A stretch of 64,000 nt of DNA, taken from Chrysomallon squamiferum. Taxonomy: Eukaryota; Animalia; Mollusca. Shown here in pieces: positions 11,274-22,563 of the stretch. Numbering within the stretch: the first letter of the stretch is position 1; every line of letters begins with the position of its first letter. Location: assembly GCA_012295275.1 (NCBI GenBank), contig CM022674.1, forward strand, positions 7,316,001-7,380,000. The letters are read 5' to 3'. A program made the position numbers and the translations under genes. A model generated the notes under the pieces. It ran no database searches and had not been told where the DNA came from. It saw nothing but the letters and a program-made list of their open reading frames with translations.

Positions 11274-14200
11274 TCACGTGATGTGGGAGATGCTTGTTGT
11301 TGAACTTGATGCGGAACTCGAAGAAGGCGGGGATCGAAAATTCGCCAGCGTTCTGTTTTGTTTCCATTTCTTGAATTTCTGTAAAAAAGTCTTCAGCAAG
11401 TCTGTGTACATGAAAAGCACTCGACGTTTCGCCACAAAGGCAAAGAGGATGAAAATCCCCTGTGAACAGTTGAAAGTAGTGAAAAGAATACTTAGGGAAT
11501 GCACCGTGTAGCAGACAGATGTGCTGGGCGCTGCCTTTGATCCGCTCACAATGGAAGATGCTAGGCCGAAAACCCACGTAAAGCCCATGACGGTGGACAT
11601 GCGCACGTACAGCATGACGTCATACCTTCCGGTCTTGTGGCTGAGGGAAGAGCGTCGTGTGCTGATGTGCGCCATTCTCGCTGTTTTCTGTATGCGCAGG
11701 ATTGTGCGGATAAAGAGAAAACCGTTCACGATGAATATCGTCAGCAGCGGCCCGCCGAACACGATCAAAGTCGCTACTGGGTTCTGAATCCAGCAGCCGA
11801 GATACCTGTTCGTTCTGGGTCTGGTGTGGGTGTTATTTGTCGCATCCACGTGACTCTCGTTCTGTCCGTGTGAAATAGACTTGTTACCGACGTCCGAAAG
11901 ACGAACCTGTCGTAACAAACCTCCGTACCCGATTTCGAATCCTTTGACGATTCCAGAAAAGTCGATGAAGGCACAGATTAGCACGATCACCAGTGGCGTT
12001 CCCCAAGCGTACAGAGAGTATCTCCACATAAATTTATTTTTACTGCGGATACGCGTAAGGATACACTTGTTAGCGAACGTCTTGAACACGTCATACGTCA
12101 TGACGTTCATCCAGAAGAAAGAGGCGAGGATGAAATAGTGGAGTGAGACCGCTACCAAACTACACAACCACTCTAACTCGGCGATCTCACCCGACGTGAA
12201 AATAGCCTGCGCCGCCAGAATAGAAAACGTCAGATTCATCGTGTTCACTCCAGGCAGATTACGTAATTTTCTATGCAGGATGTACGTCAGCAATACAGTC
12301 ACCATGGCGACGATAGACAGTCGGCCTAGAATAGCCGTCAGGTAACCTCCGGCTTTCTGGAAGAGTTCGTAGCCTTTGTCACAACCATGAACTAAAAGTT
12401 TGTGGCTCGTTTCCGTGTAGAACTCTTCCGGGACGCAAATTTCAATATCTCCCGTCTGCTCATCAATGACGTAATATTCGTCCATTGTGTAGAGTTTGTC
12501 GAACATGATGATAGACTTGTTAGGTAGAAGCTTGTAGTCATTCTCTGTGAAGTTCAGTCTGACACAAGTCTGATCGTCAATCCTCGGCATGACGCAGACA
12601 AACAAGTACATACTCTGATGTTTGATGTTTGTCGTAGACTTGATGTCGCCAGATACGAGGACAGTGAGGTCGTACATTCCGGGCAAGTACTGCGTGTGCG
12701 TTTCGTTCACGTAGGCGACGTCAACGGTTTCGTTGCCAATCTGGACGTTGAGGATGTTGAACTCGTCGTTGAAATACATCTGCTGTATACCACGCCTGCA
12801 GAACGCGTTCATTATCGTGTCCGATTCTTTGCTGTCCATGGTAACCACCTGAAGTTTTGTCCCGTTCATAAACAGCGTCAACTTCTGCTGGTCTATGACG
12901 TCACGCATTCTTTGCATGACGTTGCTCACTTTGTCTTCTTTGCGTCCCACGTCATTCTCCAGCGGCATCAACAGAAAACTCAGCTCCAGAACAACGGTCC
13001 TCTGTGACAATTCTTTGTCGTTTTTCTTCCTCTGTGAATGTACAGGAAGTTTTGTACTTGCCGAATATCTGACCAGTGATTCTTGTGTTGTGTTTGAGTA
13101 CCTTGCTTCTTTAGTGGCAGGACTTGCAGTTGGTGGTAACTCAGAAATTTTGAGTGCGTTTTTATTTGTAGATTTTGAGTTAGGATGTTTGGTTGTATTT
13201 ATTTTTGTCGTTTGAGAATCAGAATATTTGGTTGTTTTTATATTTGTGGTTTCTGAATCAGAATATTTGGTTGTTTTTGAGTTTGTAGGTTGTGTATCAG
13301 AATATTTGGTTGTTTTTGTAGTTTTCGACGAAACGTATTGTTTAGTAGTCATAAAAGAAGAATTATACACAGGTATCGTACTTGAAGTTTCTGTTTTATC
13401 TCTAGATTTTGCTGACTTGACCTTTTCAACGTTTACCAGTTCAGGTGAGTTTTTTCCTTTTGCATTAACTGAAATGTTATGGATTTGTGAATTAGAAGAG
13501 TCCACTGTAGTGCTTGTCTCTGTGTTAGATGTTTCTGAAGACAGTGTAGTAGTTGTTTGAATTTTAGATGCTTCTGAAGACACTGTAGTTGGTGTTTGCA
13601 TGTTAGATGTTTCTGAAGACACTGTAGTAGTTGTCTGTCTGTTTGTACGAACACCGTTGCCGTAGCTGTAAGGCGTCTGATTCTCGACTACTGCAGCTTT
13701 TATAAGAGTCTTGTGTGAATTGGTGATGGCAGACACTGGCATTATTGTGAAATTCTGAATACGTTCGCACGAAATGTTGAGTAAATCGCAGAGGCTCGCT
13801 CTGACAAACTTCTGAGACACGGAGTCAGTGAGGTCTTTGACTTCGCTCTGAGACACGTTCACCCTCAGCCTGACCAGCTTCGGTTTGTCCAGTTCTCGCA
13901 GTTCTTGCTCCAGCGACTGCGGCGGTTTGGCGCTGGCTTTCGAGTTCGCGTTACACGACATGTCGGACAGCACGTAGCCTGGCGGACACCCTACTTCCTG
14001 GCAGACGTCGTTGTCGGGGTTGTACACCTCGTTCTGAGAGCATCTCGCGTTGCCGTCGGTGTAGATTTCCTTGTGCGTCGTGCTGAAGAGGATGTGGGCT
14101 TTGCCGTCGAATCCGAAATTCATGAGAATTGAGAATGACACGGGGTAAGCGAGAGACTCAGTTGGCTCCAGGTTGAGCTCGCTGTCTAACAGTCTGTGAT

Positions 14201-15199
14201 TGTAACTGCGACGTCGTGACACCAGACACAACGTCACTTTGTCTTTGAACTTTGGAATCAGAGTTTTTCTACACTGATGTTCTTCTTTGGTTTTTCCAGA
14301 CAACTCAAACTGCGCACTTCCATCCACGAAACGAAGCGGGGGTACGCCATTACAGATAATATTCACATCCCACGCTTCGATGTTTTTCACTCCATTGCAG
14401 ACGGCGCAAAAAATATTTCTAAACACCACTCCGTTTTGCAACTGTACAGGGATTAAGCCGACGTCGACGACGTTGTCTTTGGTGTCGTATCGTACATTTT
14501 CACACTGTGCTCGCAGTGTTTTGTTGGAAAAAGAACGCGGGCAGCTCGCAACCATGAGAATCCACTGTTTGTGGTAAAAACGAAGAAAGCGACACTCGAA
14601 CTGCTGCGAGTCTGTTTCTCGTTTCACCGAAGACACGTGTTTTGAACCTTTCGCTTTTTGTTTATTTTTAATTTTAATTTTTGTCCCGAGAATCCTGATA
14701 ACATGGAACTGTAAAACAGTCTGGCGTGATTGTGAGCTAGCTTCTTCAGTAAAAAATAACTCACGTGTTTATTCTTCACTTCAGAATGATGAATCTTGTG
14801 TTTTGCCCAAATGAAAGATTTGGCTTCTTTCAACTTTTCAAATCTTTTCTCAGCACGGGCGTCAGCTAAACTGTAATTACCTTTCTTGGAAATATCACCT
14901 TCTTGTTTCTTCTGTCTTCTTCTGTTCCAAATCCTAAACACATCGTCAGCTTCAGAAACGTTCACGAACATCTTGTTTTCACTGTTCATACCCTGAACGC
15001 TACTCCTACTCTTCGTCAAAAGAAGTGTCACGTGACCATCACATTTCCCACAGTCCGTGCTGTGTCCTTTCTTCTCGTCCTCAGAAGATTTTAAAATGTT
15101 TCTCAAACTCAAATCCTCGTCGGAGCGGTCGAGGGGTACCGCCGTGGCGACCACGAGTACAATCACAGAGAAAAACATCGCTGACAGTTCCACGCTCAT
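11274..15199 (-). CDS. Class B/adhesion-like (Methuselah/latrophilin-like) GPCR, paralogue A
   Basis: Exon 1 15199-14765 (signal peptide MSVELSAMFFSVIVLVVATA), inferred 56-nt intron 14764-14709 (GTGAGT...TTTTACAG), exon 2 14708-11274. Cys motif IPVQLQNGVVFRNIFCAVCN, S/T-rich insert, and secretin-type 7TM motifs (LRNLPG, HYFILASFFWMN, YAWGTP, GCWI, MGFTWVFG, NCSQGIFI). No GPS recognised before TM1. Confidence 0.9.
13165..13640 (-). repeat. Two coding 39-bp (13-aa) mucin-like arrays in GPCR-A
   Basis: QTTTTVSSETSNM-type units (ttagatg(c/t)ttctgaagac at 13525, 13564, 13603) and KTTKYSDSETTN-type units (cagaatatttggttgttttt at 13220, 13259, 13298). Confidence 0.85.
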
Positions 15200-17193
15200 G
15201 CTACATGGTTGGAAACGTCTTGTTGTGTTGTTGTGCTCGCTACGTTTGGGTTATGGAGACGATAACGTCAGCTTCTGGGCCGTGGAAGTGTCGACAGGTG
15301 GCCAGCTCACGTCGTTTATCTGGAAGAAAAAAACCCGGTCACTTTAAGGCAGCCATTATGTTCTTCTAACTCCATTTCCGTTATCTCTTGAAATGTCACA
15401 AATCAGCGTTCGTAACTCCCTGCATTAGGTGTTTTGTAAACAGTGTTTGTATGACGTCATCAAATTAAGTATTTTACAGTATGTACCAGTTGAAATATAA
15501 CAATTATAATGTATTAAAAAAAAAAAAATGAAGCACTCTTTATCAGTATACATATATATATGCATATATACACACAAAACCCCCTCAGTGTTCCAATATT
15601 AATATAATGATATTAGGTAGGTGACAAAAATAAAAAAATAAATAAATAAAATAATAAATAAAATAATAAATAAATAAAAAATAAAAATAATAATAAATAA
15701 ATAAATATAAATTGAACTGAACTGAAATGAAATGAAATCAAATGAAATATAGCTTAAAAAATAACGGAATGATGGCAATTTTGAGTTCCGAACATGCCTT
15801 ACTTTTTACCTGTAGTTTCGAATTTAATTGACACAAATACGTTTATTAAATTGATAACTCTATGAAAACTTTCAGGATATCGCGTTCAAGCTGCAAATCT
15901 TTTTGCACTCGATAGATTATGATGACATTTTTCACAAATAAAGTTAAATATCTTATCTACATTTCATACTGGTTTTTGGCAGTGAAAAGCTGAAGTGAAG
16001 CTATTTTTCCTCGGATAATTAAAAATACTTCCCGGACAGCAAAAAAAAAAAAAAAAAAAAAAAATTAAAAAGCGAAGCAATGGAGACATGTGCCTACTAA
16101 ATCACTGAAAAGGTTTTAGTCTGGGAACTTTTAAAATCGTCAAACTACACACAAAACTAGTTATTGCGGGTGCTTGCTGTCAGCTGAATAAAATAATTAG
16201 CACGGACTCTAGAGACTCGGGTAATGGCGGATACCATTAGCAACATAAAATACAGATATTCATGTCACACATAAACACATATGCGTGCGTCCGCGCATGA
16301 AAGCACGTACATACAAACGCACCACTTGCTGGTGTCTGTTTTAGTTAACCCCTGGGTTCTACCAAGAGAAAAAAAAATTAAAAAAAAAAATTAAATAAAT
16401 CTTTATTTACACTAATACGAAGTAGCCGGATATACGTATTTCGGAAGCTGCAGAGTAACGTTTTCTTAGAAGATAAGGGCTAAAAAACGGAAATTTGCTG
16501 ATACAATACATTTTATGATTTGTTTGTGTTGTCAAGTTTTATATTTTATGACGCTGATTATCAACAGTAGCTTGAGGAAAAATGTGACTTAAATCTTCTT
16601 ATACTTTTAATTTATTACATCCTTCAAATACTGCATTTTCTGGACCCGGAAATTAGATGTCACGAGAAAGAACTTTTTTCGAACTTTGGACTGTGAAAAT
16701 ATCAGTCAAAATGTGGCTGTTCCAACAAACCAACTTAGTATTTTACATATTTGTGTTAAAATTTATTTCTATGGTTTTATTTTGATTTTAGGACCACCAT
16801 TTACTAATAACAAACAATCAAACAAACGAATAAATAAATAAATAAATAAATAAATAAATCAGAAGTTATAGCCTTCAAAAGTTGCAGAAGGACTTTATAT
16901 ATATATATGTATGTATGTATGTATGTGTGTCTGTATGTATGTATGTGTGTGTGTCTGTATGTCTGTATGTATGTGTGTGTGTGTCTGTCTGTCTGTATGT
17001 ATGTGTCTGTATGTATTATGTGTGTGTGTGTGTGTGTGTCTGTCTGTCTGTCTGTATGTATGTTGCACAGACCAGGGACAGATGTGGAAAATAAACAGAG
17101 AAAGAACAGGCGAGAAAGCAGGAGATAAATAAAGTTCTGTGAATGTATATCTTTCACATAGTAATAGTACCAGTAGAAGTTGTAGGTGTAGCG

Positions 17194-17256
<63 letters not shown>

Positions 17257-17350
17257 TTGATATTTAAATAAAATCTTTGAAAATAATTTACTTTCTTTAG
17301 TCATTAATAACCAAATTTTCAAACTGTTAATTCATTTAATTGTTAGCTTA

Positions 17351-17426
<76 letters not shown>

Positions 17427-18194
17427 TCTGCGTAATTACAAGGTGTTATCTGATGAGTTACGTCACCTGCAGTCCAGGCTGACTAACACTTGAAAACAGG
17501 TTATCAGTGACTGTTGTATTCGTAAAGATGTGCTGTATAGGAGTCTTTAAATAAACGTATCCTGCGCGTGGGGAGTACTGTGTGGGGGAAGAAGACAGTT
17601 ACCCCTAACTACAGCATCTGTGTTTAGTTTTGTGTTTTGTTTCTGTTTTGTTTTTCCTTTCTCTTTTTGTAGAATGGCAACAGTGTTCTGTACATTTTAA
17701 ATATTATTATTCATTATTATTTATTTGTAATATTACAAACAGCGTCATTTTCTCGCAATGTTTTAAAAAATACATTGTCTTTTATCATTCAGAATTCATC
17801 ATCATCATCATTATTATTATTATTATTTTGTATTTTGATATATTTATAAATGATTAACTTTATTTAAACAGCCGGCATAATTACTAATCAATTAACCCGG
17901 ATACTGTTCTTCTTATCGAAACTAAACTAATAATGATCAAGACTTGTTGACAAGGCAATTGTAAATATCGAGACAGTTTGACAAGATAGTTGTGAGTAAC
18001 AAAACTCTTGAGATAATAATATTTTCTTAGATAAGCTTCAGATAAAACCAAAGTAGGAGAAAAAAACAAAGTAAAGTAAAAATACTGGTGATCTCAATTG
18101 TTAGATAAGCGCCTACACAAAAACTGAAGAGAACTGAAAACAAGCAGTCATTTTCCAAAACGTAGTTTTCAAAAGATATCGTTAAGAATACGAA
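15200..18194. promoter_or_regulatory. Shared divergent upstream region of the two GPCR genes
   Basis: 3.0 kb between the two ATGs; palindromic CRE TGACGTCA at 15452-15459, TTACGTCA near 17458, five same-strand WGATAR at 17984-18108. TSSs cannot be located from sequence alone. Confidence 0.45.
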
Positions 18195-21100
18195 ATGGTA
18201 ATTTTAATATTATTTCTATTAAATCGTTCTGTAGTCACCACAGAGGAGAATATTGATAGGAAAGTATTTCTGAATTCAAAAAATTCAACAAATGCTAAAA
18301 TTCTGACAAAAGAAACCGAAACAAAGGTAAATACATTGAACAGTTTTCTCACTGTAACACTTAATGATACAAACAAAGGAACAAATAAAGAAAAAAATAT
18401 AAATAAGGAAAATCTATACGGAAGAAAGGAATGCGTCCATCTTCCCAAATTTCAGCCAGAATGGGTTGAAATGTTGGTATCGTGTCCTGATAATTACGGA
18501 AATTTATTAATAAATTATTGGTGTAGTACGGCTTTGAAAAATGCAACTAATGCTCACCAAATACAAGATGGCGACAGCTCTTCCTTACATATGCAACGTT
18601 TGCCTGTGCAAGACGATCGCGGAACAGTCTATGGAAACATATACTGTGCGGTTTGTAATCACGTAACCAGTGTACGTATTTGGGACGTGGTTATTCATTG
18701 TGATCGCGCGAGTCATTTGAAATTTGTGGAGGGAGGACGGATTTTCCACCTGTTTCATTCACTGCCACCTGGTAAATGTTACACATCTCTAATCCCTGCT
18801 AATCCCAGCGGATTACGACGCTGTCATCCTAAACGGACAGGGAAAAAAGTGGAAAGATCGAGACCGGAGTATGACGCGGAATATTTTGAAAGTCCAGTGA
18901 AGTATCCGATTTCATTCACTGTTTTAATGAACTTTGGATTCGACGGTAAAACGCACGTTCTGTTCAGCAACACACACGTTAAATTAACACAGCTCATCAA
19001 GAAGAAGTGTCCTTCGTATAAAGAGATATTTGTTTCCAATAGCAACCGCTGTTACAAAGTGCACTGTGCGGCAGGATACCTGCTGACGAAATTAGGATGC
19101 GTTGCGAGAGATAATTCAAAATCCTATTTGCATCAAGGCAAAGGAAAATGGGACTCGCAGACTCTAACAAGTCTTAACCAAGTGGCCAAAGTTTCACTCG
19201 AAATGAACGTCACATACGGTGATCTCCCCTTCATGATACCGGAAGTGTTCAGGAGGGCGCTGTCTGCAGAGATAAGTCGTCTGCTGAACATCAGTTCAGA
19301 CAGGATTAAAAACCTGACTGTGGTGCTGCTGAACGAGTCAACTTCAGGCGAACGTCTTCGAGTTGATCCTCTGCCTAAAAACTATTTTGAAAATTTTCAC
19401 AGTATGAGAAAACTACGTGTTGAACGTGTCACAGTTCCCACTTCTAAATTTGCAACACAAAACTCACCTCCTGAAATAAGAAGAGTTAACAAAATGAGGA
19501 ACCATTCCGAATTAAATTTAAAAAGCAAACGGAAAAAACTAGTCGAGTCTCTGTCAAAAACAATCCTCAAAATAACAAATGACAACGACAGACTAAAAAC
19601 AAACAAATTCAAAAACGAATATTCAGGAAAGAAAACGGCTTCCAGCGGAAAATTAACAGAGCCATATTCAGACAAGTCGAAGATCATTAACAGAAAAGAC
19701 AGAGGCGTAAATCCGTCGGTTTCTATTCGGGTTTCTTTCCTGTTGTTTCCGTCAAGAAATCGTTCAGAAAGTGACACGTCTGTGTCGAGTGTGGTGCACA
19801 GGATGAAGGAAGTGATCGCAGAAAAGAAGTTTATTCTCATCGTGAACAAAACTGTCGTACAAATCCTGGACAAAAACAAAGAATCGGACCAGTGGCTCGG
19901 AACAGATTTCTGCAACAGCGGTATCTCTGAAATTGTTTACAGGTCAGTTTAAAATATATAACAAAAGGATAAAATAAAATGACAAAATAGTGTTTGTTTG
20001 ATATGCTATGGTCATTATAAATTTACCAAAATTAATTGTAAAATGTTCAGAACGTAAATTCAAAACATATTTCATACAAGGAATATTATTGCCATGCATT
20101 TCATTATTAAAAAAGGTGCGTCAAGGTATTCTACAAAATGTATTTAGACTAACAATTTTGTTAGCATCAATACAGGTACTTTTAATGTGTAGCTTATAGT
20201 GTTATTTGAACTAGTTAAACAGGGGAAATTAGCTTTAAACTAACTTATTTTATTTCAGTGACGAGTTTGAGCTTCTGTTGCCTGGTAAAGACAGAAATGG
20301 AACTCAGATTTATGTAAACAGAACTCGAACTATTTTCTACCCGGGACAGTTCCAACTCTCAGTCATTGTTCAGGGAAACAGTGACGTCACTAACTATGAC
20401 GGATTTGCTATCGTCTGCTCAATGCCGCACATTGCTGACGACGTCTGCACGCGACTAGAGGTTCCGAAAACCGATTACACGTTGTTAGCGAACAGATCTG
20501 TTACAGTCTCAGGGAAACTGTATAATACAAGTCAGTACAGCTACGTCAACGACGACTTGACGACAATCGAAATCTGCATCCCCGAAGAGTTGTCTCACCC
20601 GGCTAAGCAGCAGACGAAATTCACTGTAGTACCAGGCTGTGATAAAGGTTACGAGGGTTTCCTTAAAGCTGACAGCCTTTTAACAGCAGTGCTTAGCAGG
20701 GTGTCCGTCCTAGCGTTAGCTGTTGTTTTCGTGACGTATCTTTTGCTTCCACATCTGAGGAATCTCGCGGGAATGAACATCATGAACCTGACGTTTGCCT
20801 TATTAGTAGCAGAGACGATTTTCACAGTGGGCGAAAACACGGAAGTCACGTGGGCTTGCAGTGCCGTGGCAGTCTCGCTTCCATTATTTCTTCCTCGCCT
20901 CCTTTTTCTGGATGAACATTATGACGTATGACGTTTACTGCACGTTCTCCCGTAACCTGTTCTCGGTGGGGATACGGGCAAAGGAAAAATATGCCTGGCG
21001 CTATGCTCTGTACGGCTGGGGAATGCCCATGTTCATCGTAGCAACGTGCGTTTTCATTGACTACTCTCAACTTGTAAGCGGCACGCGGATTGGTTACGGG

Positions 21101-21694
21101 AGAATTAATTCGTTACCAGCAAGTCAGTCGGTGTCGTCATTATCATCCAACGCCACCAACCACAGCGTTGATAACGCTGCATACAAATCACAGGGCTGCT
21201 GGATTAAGTCCCCTGTTGCAGCTCTGGCAGTTTTTGGAGCACCCATGTTGGCTGTGTTCGTTGTTAACGGATTTCTTTTCATTAAAACAATCCTAAACAT
21301 TCAACAGACAGCGAAACTGGCTCATCTGAAAACCAGACGATCTTCAGTTAATCACGTGACAGGAAGGTACGAAGTCATGTTGTATCTGCGCATGTCAACG
21401 GTGATGGGGTTCACGTGGATATTCGGTCTAGCGTCGTCACTGGTTAGCGTCATAACGACCACGCCTTCCAGCGCAATTTGCTACAGCGTGCACATGCTGG
21501 CGATTCTGTTCACGATTTCTAACTGTTCACAGGGACTTTTTATCTTCTTTGCGTTTATCGTGAAGAAACGAGTTCTCTTCATGTACAGATCGTTATGGCA
21601 TAGGTTGCGATTTTATTTCATTTCTTCCATTCTAAACAACTCACCTCCGACAAACAAAACTTTATCAATTAGCTTAGATTCAAGAACACACTAA
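18195..21694 (+). CDS. Class B/adhesion-like GPCR, paralogue B; 1-nt frameshift in TM3 (possible pseudogene allele or assembly error)
   Basis: Exon 1 18195-19942, intron 19943-20258 (AG|gtcagt...tttcag|T, phase 2), exon 2 20259-21694. Collinear with paralogue A (LPVQDDRGTVYGNIYCAVCN; YPISFTVLMNFGFDGK; LRNLAG; GCWI; MGFTWIFG; NCSQGLFI). One extra base at about 20879-20882 (TCG CTT C CAT TAT) breaks VSLHYF. Confidence 0.88.
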
Positions 21695-22499
21695 ATTCGT
21701 CAGTTTTCTTTATTTGAATTTATGACTGAACGAATTATTGTACAAAACATACTCATTGTATTTAGTTATTTTTCGGATCGCATCAGCTACTTGAATTCAT
21801 TATTGGTAGTACATGAAATTTCAAAGCAAAATTCAGAATTATAACGATCTGCGATAGAGCAATACAGGAACCGGAAACAGCTCAACTGGTTTGACTAAAA
21901 ATGATCTCCCTATTCGTAACGTCACAGCAAGAATCCTTTAACCTGTCCTCTCATCAAAGATAGAAAATTCTGAATTTAGTAGCTTTTAATAAACTGTAAA
22001 AATAATTTAAAATATCAATAATCGTATTTCAGTTCTTTGTATAAGTAATTAATGTTTTTATATTTGCATATACGTAAATATGTCCCATGTGCATGTAAAA
22101 ATGATTAGTACGAATTAACATTTATATCTTGCAAGCATGTGAACTCCTTGTTTAAGAATATAGCAAAGAGGTGGTTTGTGTAGACAGTTTGTTGACATAC
22201 AAGGTGATCGTTTTGTTCTGACAGTAACACACTGACCCGCTAACGCCTAACACATGCTAGTTTTCCACGAGATAAGCTACACAACCTGAGTCTCCACTGT
22301 TTGGATATTTTATAAATTGTCCCAATTTTGTAACAAAAACAATAACAGTAGCACTAGCTCTGGTAGTCACAGAAGTGACGATGATGTATAAGTAGTAGCC
22401 GTAATAGTAAAAGAAGTAGTTATAGCAGTAGTAGTAGTAGTAGTAGTTATTGTTGGTGCTAGTTATTTTAGTGTTATTAATAGCAGTAGTATTGATGGC

Positions 22500-22563
<64 letters not shown>

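Noticed and set aside
11077-14577. Multiple + strand ORFs over GPCR-A, and antisense ORFs over GPCR-B, the ZNF and TRIM genes
   Set aside because: Antisense shadows of real coding exons with no recognisable protein features.
14624-14764. Programmed ribosomal frameshift or pseudogenisation in GPCR-A
   Set aside because: A consensus 56-nt GT-AG intron restores the frame exactly and is the simpler explanation.
16804-17322. Low-complexity ORFs (poly-Y/L/I/N, CV, RE, SL, THT) here and throughout the window
   Set aside because: Translations of microsatellites.
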